Source: Macrostomum lignano
Lineage: Eukaryota
DNA: 64,000 nt
Direction: 5' to 3'
Assembly: GCA_002269645.1 (NCBI GenBank)
Contig: NIVC01000164.1
Coordinates: 124,001 to 188,000, forward strand
A program made the position numbers and the translations under genes. This document shows positions 29,747 to 40,639 of the stretch, piece by piece. The notes beneath the pieces are model-generated. The model was not told the origin of the DNA and did no database searches. It saw only the letters and a program-made list of their open reading frames with translations. Numbering within the stretch: the stretch's first letter is position 1; every line of letters starts with the position of its first letter.

Positions 29747-31797
29747 GAATTCAATGCCGGTTAAAGTGTAGAAGGTGGTCTGCTAGGAGCAAGTATTGTG
29801 GCATCTGCCTAGCTACTGATGATCTGGAAGGGTGGCCTAGCAACTGAGGGATATGGGTGGCTTAGCAACTGAAGATCTGGGAGGATGCCCAATAACGGAG
29901 GATCTGGAATGTTGGAGGCAATGAGAATTGACCTCTGAGATTTGCCCGCAATGCTTTTTCTTATAGTGCAAAGTAGAAATTAGTCAAATCTAGGGATTAG
30001 ATAAAAGCTCTTAAATCTAACTATACCTGGCTTTATCACGGTATTATTCTTCATACACAAAAATGCACCTGTTTTGCTGTACTCGTACGTCATACACTAG
30101 TGTTTCAAGCTTGAATTGGAGTTTTTGTCCATCTGACAGCTCCTTATCATTGCTACATAGTATAACTTTAAAAAAACTAGGTCAGTATTATAAGGTCAAG
30201 AGTTTTTTGGCTTTTCGTCCTTGTCTAATGTCATGAGCTCAGCCAGCGCTAACTGTAGATGCAAAGTTGTACAATTACACCCTCCCCGGAAAGACTGCCA
30301 CGCGGAGCTGCAGAGTCCAAAGTCCACACCCTTTTCTGTCCCTTTCATTGCTTCAACTACAGCGAGATTAGACTTCTAACCCGTCAGCCCACTATTAACA
30401 GAGAAACCTAGCCTTGTTTCGCGTTTTATTAGTATTTAGCTAAAGTCTCTCACCCCATGATAATAAAGCCTCGCTGGGTCTCGTCTCTCTTTTCTTAACC
30501 CAGTAAAAAAGCTTGCCTTGGTCGGCAATTAACTAAATCTATTTTACATTACTATTAGTTCAGCATTGCGGGCAAATCATCTGCGGGAAATTCCTGTGCT
30601 CTGAATGTTGGAAGTGGCCTAACAACTGAGGATCTGGGGGTTCTGGGATCTGCTATTTTGACACTTAAACATCAAGAAAATAATCAATAATGAAGAAAAA
30701 GATTACTTTTTTGACACTGAGAAGCAAAAACCTCTCATGTTTATCAAAGCACGCTGCAATGCTTTTATTTGCATCAAGATCAAGGGACAACACTTACAGT
30801 CTTAGAGCAACACATTTATATAGCAATTTTATGATCTCATTATGTTTGTATATAGTCTGAAATAGCAGCTTCATTTAAAAATGTAGTTTTCATACACCCA
30901 CCCTGTAAAAAGTGACTGCCACAGTGCGCTTACCACAGTGCCCTAGGAGTTGCTGATGAGCACTTTTCAGTCTTCTTCACCATCACCATGACATCGCTCC
31001 GGTTTCCAAAGCCAAAAGGAGTTTTTCCAGTCAATACAACTCCCATTTGCAGCCTCATACAACCTATTCCCCTAACCTTGGCGCCTTGATACTTCTTTCT
31101 CATCCTCTGTATGAAGAATATGAAGGGCTATGAGAAAGAGTATGTGAAGAGTATGAAAGGGGCGCTTTGACTAGAAAGAGTTTTCTATGCTCTGGCAGAA
31201 TGAGCATCCATCCGAAAGAAACGAAACTAAGGAGTGATTTGATGCATGGTTCTATCAGATGATAAGCAGAGCTGGTATATTATGATAAGTTATTACTTTA
31301 GTGACTCGGTACAAGTGCCCGACTTGGATTACTGTAGCTAGCTGAAATCGACAGGCGTATGGAGTCTTACACGTACCTGAGATACAGTTAGTAGGATGAT
31401 CGGGAGTCACTTTGGTGTAATAGATTTTCCACTGAAACTTGCGGTGTTGCGACATTCCTAGGTGCCTCTGTGTGGGTTGTACAGGTATCAGTATAGTAAG
31501 GTTACGCCTTGCTATACTGCTGTAGTAGCTGATGCTGCATTACTGTGGTCACAGATAGCAGGCGTCATGACGCTCTAGCAAGGGAACCACTACAGCTTAT
31601 TTTCAAAGCAACGAACAACTTAGAGTGCTTAGCAATGCCATAATCTTTGGCTGCTAACAATAAGACTAATCGCGTTGTTGATAGATTCTTTGTATTTGAT
31701 TTTAGCTCACAATACCGCTGGAACTATTGCTTTCAATTGCGATGTATAAACTGATCTATAAGTATTGGGTCCTCACAACAAGAGATCGTCTTTACGG

Positions 31798-33345
31798 TAG
31801 GGGGCGACCCAGTCCCGGGCCCGGGCCCGAAAAGTCGGGAATCCCGACCAAAATCGTGGCCCGACCCGGGCCCGGGCCCGACCCTAAAAAAGTCGGGAAA
31901 TCGGGACAAGTCTTTTTTCCCTAAAGGCACTAACCGCGTGCGAATAAGAATAAAATTATTTTTATTCACAGCACAGCACAACACTCAGTTAAGCATCGCA
32001 TCAGCACTCAAGACTCAAGCACTGCACGACTGCAGTAATAGTAATAGATGATATGATGTGAAGTAGCAATATCATTGATTTGTAGTATGCTCTTAGCGTG
32101 AGCGTCTGTGACTGTGACCGTGAGCGTCAGCCACAGCCAATTTCCACTTTCCAGGAAGATCGGATTTTTTCCAGGAAGATAAAATTAAAACATAGTTTTG
32201 CAATACTTTTTTGCAATATTGATTCCACTTTACACGCTGCAGGCTGCAGCCTAAAAGCAAAAATATGATTCTTAAAAAAGTTGATTTGTCAATTTTAAGC
32301 TTTTGTAAATAACATTTCCTATTTACATTCCAAGAAGTACCTATTAAGGGCCAAGGCTACCATTTTTCCAAGAAGTTTGCTATCTGTCAGAGTTTGTAAT
32401 CGTGTTCATATTTGTATTGTATTCGTAGGTAGTTGTAGTCGTAGACTCATAGTATCATATTCGTAATCATATTCGTTTAGGTAGGTAGGTGAGCAGGTAG
32501 GCAGGTATCAGCTAATTACTTGTATTTCCATTGTCTGTTTGCCTGTTCTGTTGAGACAGTTGAGTGTTGTGTTGTGTTGTCACTTCACTTGTGTTCTGTT
32601 CTGTTGTCTTGTCTTGTTGTCTTATTGAATACTGACTATGTACATGGCTCTTTACATTGAAGCTATGTAAAGGAACTAAAAATTCAAATAAAAGAATCAA
32701 TCAATTGATTTGGTTCTTACTTCCTTATTGCTTCCAATGCCAAGTGCCTTACACTTAATGCTTCAGCTTTTCTTCTTTTTGCTTACTGCCACTGCCAGTG
32801 CCAGCCGCACTACCGCAGTGCCTGCTTGCCTACCTCATTGCCTATTAGTGTCACTGTCACTGGCACACACACAGTACTTGTGCCACACAGTGACATTGAA
32901 TTTGAACTATTGGGTATATTGATATTTGAGTATTAAGTCTTTTAATGTAACTCTTATCTATTCTGAAGTCTTAACTAATGTATTAAATAAAAATAATATT
33001 TATTATATTATATATTTAATATATATTTATTTTAATATATTATATTTATTATATTTATATATTATTATATATTCAATATATTTATATATTATAATATATT
33101 TAATGTTTATCATATATTTATTATACATTTAATATATTATATTAGATTTAATATATCTATATATTTATTATATATTTAATAGTAATCTGCATATGCTAAA
33201 AGTATTAAGATTTATTATGATTTTTTTTCCAATTATTGAGCTGTCCTAAAGATCTTGTCCCGAATTCCCGAGGCCCGACCCGGGCCCGAGTCCTCATTCC
33301 CGGGCCCGACCCGGGCCCGACTTTGGCTGTCCCGGTCGCCCCCTA
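31798..33345. mobile_element. Non-autonomous hAT-like DNA transposon, 1548 bp
   Basis: TIR TAGGGGGCGACC at both ends, 8-bp TSD CTTTACGG (31790-31797, 33346-33353), subterminal CCCGGGCCCG repeats, no transposase ORF. Confidence 0.88.
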
Positions 33346-33415
33346 CTTTACGGTTCTTACGGGGTACGCACGTAGCGGAAAAACCCATGCGGATGAGACA
33401 CTCCCCAGTCGCGAT

Positions 33416-35964
33416 CTACTGGTCTCTCTTCACGGTGACGCGATGCCACGCGTTTCCAAGCAGACCCCGAGCATTCCACACCGAGCTCCATCGTTCCGGC
33501 TGTTGATTCCCATTATCGTCAACAGCTTTGCAAGCTATGGTGACACTTTGGCCAGGCTTCGGCGCTGGAACCGTCGCCTCCCAAAGGCGCCAAGCCCAGC
33601 GCTGACCGAACGGTTGATGCAAAGAATCATCTACATCGTCAGGAGCATCATCCAAGTTACACCACTGGGCCAATTGCCACGTATTGCCGTCGTCCGTGGT
33701 CACTTCCACTCGGACTACGCCAGCTCCGGCGCCGCTGAACGCGTAGCCACGGATTTGCACAACTTCGTCTTCGTCGGCGCCGTAGCCGTCCCTGATCACG
33801 TGACCATCTGGCGGCCAACAGATTGCGCTAACCACTGGCCAATAAAGTTGAGCAGGCGCCCGAACGAAATCTTCAACAGTTGGCGTGTACAAGGATGGCT
33901 GAAACGTCTTGTAGTCGCGACGCAGCCAGAAGCTGGAGCTCTCTTGCCGGCTGAGGGCGATGCGGCAAAGCCACTTGACGCTGCGGGCTCCGATGGCGCC
34001 TGCGATGCCGAGTTTTTTGTTTGATGGATTTCACGCTTTGGTGTTTTATACGGTTTTATCTCGTCAGAATGATTTTTACCATGACTCGGGGTCGGCTTTC
34101 AGAGACAAATTTTAAATTAGTTTATTTTGTAGAAATATTAAGTACTGGAAAAGATTGTTTTACAGGGTTGTTTATTGGAAATTCTAGGGTGTCTCAAATG
34201 TGATTCCCAGGGCGACTTTGAGACGATTCTAAGAAGAGCAGTTTAGAGACGATTTAATTATTAGATTCTCAAAACGCTTTCGGGAATCTTATGGGTAGAT
34301 TCTAGACAACTCTCTAGAATCTACAGTTTAGAAACGGTTCTCAGACTTAACACAGAGCAGTAAACTATCATAGACACAGAAGACAATAAAGCCACTAACC
34401 AGGCACAATAACCCTCAGCGGATACCCATGATCAGCTGGTATCGCCTCTCATCTCGTACGCCAGCAGGAGACCACGCGACTCATCAAGCGCTACTTCCAC
34501 AGGCACCGAAGCGCCATAAAAGTCGCCTGTAATGCTGTCCCCATCCATGCCTTCAAACTGCACATGCTTGTAGCCCAGCTTCCTAGCCTTATCCAAGTCT
34601 AAACCAAATAGCTTCTTCAGCACCAAATGCAGAGGCGCGCCAGTCCAGCGCGCGTTCGACACCGCAGTTTGGCGCCATTCCAGACCTCTAGCTTGACGCC
34701 ATTGCGCCATCTCGTTGCGCCTATTGCCGGCGCATGCAAGAGTAACGTCGTAACTAACTCGGGGAAAGTCGTTACGCAATTGCTCAACAGTAACGTTTAG
34801 ACTGCGATTGACTTTCTCTTCATTAGTTGGATCCTTCAGATCCAGTTTGACCCTGTGGGAATTGGCGTCCTCGGGTAGCTTAGGCACTGGCAGATGGTTT
34901 CTAACAAAATGAATGGCATTGGGAGTGTAGTAGTGGTCCATGAGGATTTCTGGCGGTGACATCGCATTGTAAGGTCGTTTATTAATTGGCACCAGCAGAG
35001 GTGAACGTTTTGGCTCGTTGGCAAACTTGCCACCGTCGTCTGATTGTTCGGAAGCTTTGCGACGCTGAAGCTCAAGAGCATCTGCTGCTGTCAGACGGGC
35101 GATGGCGTACTCAGCTAGGATGCTCAGCACGTGCGGGGACTTGTGCACCGCGTACAGATCCCAGAATGGTTCGACGTCTTTGCCAGCGGCTAGTAGTATC
35201 TTCTCGCCGCCTGGGTGGCTGTCTACGAAGTTGGTCACGTCGTACACTGTGTTCTGGAGTTGGAGTGAAGTAGCCTGTGCTTACCATTGATCATTATCTG
35301 TGCTCATCATTGATAATCACCTGTACTCACCATTTATACTCATAATCAACTTTTGCTCGCTATCGACAATCATTTACGCTCGCCATTAACAATCATTGGT
35401 GCACGCCATCGATAATAATTGGCAACTCACTATTTACAAATCATATGTGCTCGCAATTGATCGTCTTTGCTTGACATTGATAATCATTCGTACTCACAAT
35501 TGCTAACTGTCTGTACGCAATATTATTAATCGCCTTTGATAATCATACTCGCAACTGAAAATCACTTGTGTTTTTTATCGATAATCATGTGCTCACAAAG
35601 CAGCAATTACCTGATAAATAACCCAGACACCTGTCTGCAAGCTGTTGTGCTTCGCAACCTCTTCTAATGTGACAGTGGGCAAATTCGCATTTTCAGGCTT
35701 ATCTTTTTCTTCATTATTTTTATCTCTGTTAACGGCAACAGTCGCCATAGCAACTGAGGCGGTTACAGCGGCAAAAGTGCCGCCATTCGAGCGGCTTTTG
35801 TCTTCGCGTTTCTTGTCCCCATGGCAACGGATAACCTGGGCTTGATTCTCTCTAGTAACTGAAGATGACAAGACTCGAAGCTGAGACGGACCAGAAAATG
35901 CGTTTAGCCGCTGTCTGCTTTTAGAAGCAGCAGCAAGCAGATTTTTTAACAAACGAAAATACAG
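33416..35964 (-). pseudogene. SUOX: Sulfite oxidase tandem copy 2, disrupted
   Basis: Same exon layout (35964-35611, 35253-34400, 33999-33416). ATG of copy 1 aligns to CTG at 35964-35962; 5-bp deletion at 34450/34451 frameshifts AYEMNGE to AYEMRGDTS* (stop 34434-34432). Confidence 0.8.
35741..35828. promoter_or_regulatory. Two RFX X-box consensus matches in SUOX copy 2 exon 1
   Basis: GTCGCCATAGCAAC (35741-35754) and GTCCCCATGGCAAC (35815-35828); function untested. Confidence 0.45.
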
Positions 35965-36922
35965 AAATTCAAATGCAGTAGTTTGCCTGATAGGTGAGCA
36001 AGTAATTGGGATCTGCCTAGCAATGAGAATCTGGGAGGGTGGTTAGGATATTGAGGAATTGCGGGACTGGAAGTGGCTCAGCAATCAAGATCTGAGCGCT
36101 AGGAATGAATGTTTAGAACTGGGAAAATTTTGTGCTACATTGACACTACAACATAAATAAAATCGACACTGAAAGCAGAAAGCACACATTTTTAACAAAG
36201 CAGGCAGCAATGCTTTTATTTGCATAGCCTTGAAGTGTACTATGAAGTAATAATTAGCCAATAGTTTCTCTGTCTGTGATTTCAATTAAAAGCCACAGCT
36301 CAACAGCATTGGACAACCATGAATAGACATTGAACTGAACAGGAGCAGCACAGAAAGTGCAGTCGGGGTAATAAATAGCTTAGTGCAAATCGAGTACTTT
36401 TTAAAAAGAATTATAGCATCTTTCACGTGCAGTAGATATATGAACGATATTTAATTTTCATAGGGTTGAACTCTTAGGAAAGTATTTACAAAAATAAAAA
36501 TTCACATTGGCTCCATTACTAAGAGAGATGAAACAAAGCACTTTGCAGCACTTCATTATGAATACACAATAATTTGGTTAATTGAGTAATCAAAATCACT
36601 GTTTGTCTCTGACCATTGTTGCAATCATTCCGTCAGACGATCTAAAAATTTTAAGATATGAAATTAAGATTGCTGTTTTAATATCCAAAAGAAATTAAAG
36701 CTAGAGAGAATTTCAGATTCACGGGAGAGGTCTTCTAACTTTCCCGGAAAGATGAATTGAAGGGAAATAACCGGAATTAGGAAATTTAAACTTCAAAGAA
36801 GGAACTGGGAGGCAGAAGGGGAGAATTTCATACTCGCAAGATAGAACTAAAATCTCTCTGCAGTCATGAGCTGCCGCAGACACCGCACAAGCCAACAGCA
36901 GATAATAACAAACCAATTAAGT

Positions 36923-38318
36923 TCAAGGTCGACCGCCGTAGTAATTAGGCGGATAATAATATGGCGGCATGGCGGCATGCTGCGGCGGCACGGGCGGCGG
37001 ACCGAACGGTCCCACAGGCGGCATTGCAGGAGGCATGTTGGTAGTCCGATAAGCTGACGAGGCCTGAACAATTCTTTGATTAGAAATCTCGGTAACTTTG
37101 TCAGTTTTAGCCCGCCTAGTGTGATACAGCGCCCTGGCTTCCGTGTATTTATTAATAAACTCCGGCAGGGACATTCGCTTGGATTGAAACTGGTCCAGAA
37201 TTGAATCGCTTTTCTCTTCGGCTTCTAAGCAGGCAGATTGAAGCAGCGAGTGCAGGGTCTCAAGGGATTCGCCCTGCTGACCGCCGGATAGGCGGCTAGT
37301 GAGCTCTCGGTGATGACGGCCCAGATCTGCGGCCTCTTTATGCGCCGAGATCAGAGCTCGGCGACCCTGTTCGATTCGGGACTGCTGGCTGAGATTGTGC
37401 TCAGCCAGGCTGCGATTTGTGGCGCTCTCGGTTAGCTTGACCTCTTGCAGTTTGTTTAACTGGAGTAAAAACAAATTTAAAATGATTGCCAATGATTCTT
37501 GGAGCCAACCGGGGTGTAAATAGTTCATTTTTAGTCACAAAGGCCTACAGCAAAATCGTTCCCTGACAAGCAATGAGGCAATTCTGCCCAATCCGCTGAC
37601 TCCTGAGCACAGCGCTCATAAACACGCTCGCAAAGGGTGTACAGTGGATCTGACTTTGGAATCATCAGACATGTACACTCTCTGACTTAGACATGTACAC
37701 TCTCTGACTTAGACATGTACACTCTGACTTAGACATGTACACTATCTGACTTAGACATGTACACATGTACCTCATGGGTCATTATAGTTTGCTTTCCTAA
37801 GTATTTTCCCACTTTTTTACTGTAAGTTGAAAAATCATTTGATTTTTTTGAAATTTGAAAAATGAAGACTTTCTATTTTTTTCTACTGCTAGTAAAGCAA
37901 AATCAAGATGAACATCGTCTTGTTTCTTATTATTTAAAAAAATACAACTTACAAAATACAAAATTATTTTGTCTAAACAGCTCTTGAAGCACAAATGAGA
38001 TGACGAGGCAATATCATAATGTAATAAAGCTATAGTTACTCCCGCCGTTTACCTATTATATATTTGAATTGCACACACTATTCGTTACAGATTATCATGA
38101 AAAACAAATCTAGAAAAACTTACATCAGTATCGTCAGAGATTAAAGTTTCAATTGTTTGATCATTTAACTTCTGCAAATCTTCGCGTTCCATATTGCGCA
38201 AGAGTCCCAGAACATTGGAGTCAAAGCTGGTGCTACCGCCTCCACCACTGGATTGGCTGGTAGCAGGTGGCATTGGTGAACTGTGGCTGCCCATTGGATA
38301 TGGCTGCTGTCCATACAT
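36923..38318 (-). CDS. VPS37: ESCRT-I subunit VPS37 (Mod(r) domain), about 243 aa, 2 exons
   Basis: Exons 38318-38124 and 37459-36923 (phase 0). SATNRSLAEHNL...LEAEEKSDSILDQF...EFINKYTEARALYHTRRAKTDK resembles the VPS37 C-terminal domain; Pro-rich tail. Confidence 0.85.
37667..37765. repeat. 20-22-nt tandem repeat GACATGTACACTCTCTGACTTA
   Basis: VPS37 intron, 4-5 copies. Confidence 0.88.
37992..38053 (-). other. 62-bp 28S rRNA H69-H71-like bipartite motif, copy in VPS37 intron
   Basis: Ungapped 48/62: arms 17/19 and 22/22, core 9/21. Confidence 0.9.
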
Positions 38319-40639
38319 GATGGTTAATGGAAACCAATTCACTTGATTACAAAACAATTTATTATTGAAGTTATTGCTATATGGTTTAGAAGTACTCAAT
38401 TATGTTCTTTTTTATATCATGAATTTTAAATTAGTTTAATGTTTAGGTGCAAGTTTTGCAAAAATTGGTTGAGAACATTTTTTCTAAAATCAATCACATA
38501 CCTAGATAGCTAGAGACAAACAATTTTTAGTATATAGGAATATAAAGTAAAAACAAAAATATTTTTCATAATGTTTTTGCATTCTTGCTGTTTTTGTCCA
38601 TGCCAATGCTAATGTCTAATCTCCAGCATAGAATATAGATCATATGTTAACTATTTGGTAATCTAACTCAACTGTTTGTCTATTATTATCAAATAGTAAC
38701 AACAGCTAGTAATGAAACATTGAAACATAGTCTGGCACAAAGATTAAAATTTTTCTAGAAATAAGCAGCTGTTTTATCATTTCTTTTTTGTATTTATTAC
38801 TTCTATTGGTACTTTTGTTAGGATAGATGAATGTAGACAGTTAGGAGTTAGAAGCTTTGAATATATTTTGGTAGAAATTTTTATATATGATATAGGGGCA
38901 TTGACAAATGGTCAATAAAAATAAGATAATTGTAAAAATCCACAATAAATGCCTCAATAAGGGTCAGACTAAGAGTTCAAAATAAACAAAAAAAGAAAGC
39001 CTACAATGAAAATACAAAAAAACATTTTAAAAAGCATAGTTAAAAATTAAAAAGAAAAGGACATAGTATGGGCTCTTTAAATTATTCTATACTAAATGCA
39101 AACCAACTATAACAAGTTTTTTCTTTTCACTTTGAATATTAGCAACTCAGTTATGCATATCAATAAATTAATCAAGAAATAAACAATTAAATATTATGTC
39201 AATTGTTAAATCAAATAAATAATACCATTACACTGAATTGTCAATTTGTTTGCTTGCATAATGAATTCATAGCAGCTGCAGGTAACTGCATCCCTAGATC
39301 CAAAAAGGAGGCAAAAACCATACTCAAGAAGGTGGCAAATGCATACCAGAATGAAATTTAGGTAGTAGTTGATTGCATGCTAAAATATGACAAAAAAGTG
39401 AAACTATGTAACAGATTCATTTTTACATGCTATACTATCCATTTGTATATTAGAATGTATGCCAAGCAATGCCATAGGCAAGGGGGATAAGGGGATATAC
39501 CTCCTTGTAGGGCTGTGGGCACAGTGGATAGTGCATGTAATTGTATAAAAGTTATATTACATAATACATAAAGCAGTAGTCTTACTAGTTATATGCCTCT
39601 ATAAAAATGTCTAGCTATGTGCATATTAAATGTACAATATAATGGAATAACTTCATTTATTGTCTTCCTTGTACCCCCAATAGAGGCTATATACTATGTT
39701 TAGCCATCATATTTTAGTGAGAAATTCTAACCACTATTCTACTATCTGATTAAGAGTACTTCATCTATGCTTTTTTACTGCAAAACTGCATTATTTCAAA
39801 TAGATTTTTCAATGAATATTACAAACTGCTCATTTTTCATTGCTATTTGCTACTGTTATCTAGTTGCTGTATAACTATAATGTTTTACTATTAATACTTC
39901 CCATAAGCATAGATTTTAATCATAAATTTTCTATCTCTGGACTTTTTTGACAAATGTATATATGTATATACTAGGCCCCAAGGGCAGATTTAAAGGGGGT
40001 TGGAAAGCAGTTGCAGTTGGTCACCTTTTTCTTTTTGTGGCTAGCAATGATAGTACATATTTAAAATAAAATATATTTATTTTATTACTACCTACGCTGC
40101 TTTTTGTTTGTTAAATATAGTACCATTTTTAAAATATGCCTTTAGTGTATACAATTAGGTGATACCATATTGTCTATAATATATTTAAAAGCAAACATTG
40201 TTTATAAGTTTTTCAATACAATTTAAGCTTATGCCATTTAAGAGCTAAGTTATTTACCATTTTTAGTTATTTTTGTTTTTCCATGTGTCTATTAGCCTTA
40301 TAGGGAATGGAATCTATAGTTCAGATTATGTATTAGTATAGGCCTATGCTAGGTCTAATACTAGAAAAAAATACAAAATCTTGTTTGTATCCATAGGCCT
40401 AGTATAGATCATGCTTGGTGCACACCCAAACAAAAATTGAAAAGTTACTAATGCATGCCAAAAATTTAGTGCATGCCTACACTCTCAAATCTATGCTAGT
40501 ATTGTGACAATAAATAACATTTTTGCATTGCCACAGTAATTGACCTATATTGTGTTACATAAAGAATCCTTTTTGATAGATAATTTGGTTGCTTTTTTAT
40601 CTTACTTGTCTATATTATCTTAAGTAGAAAATTGATACA

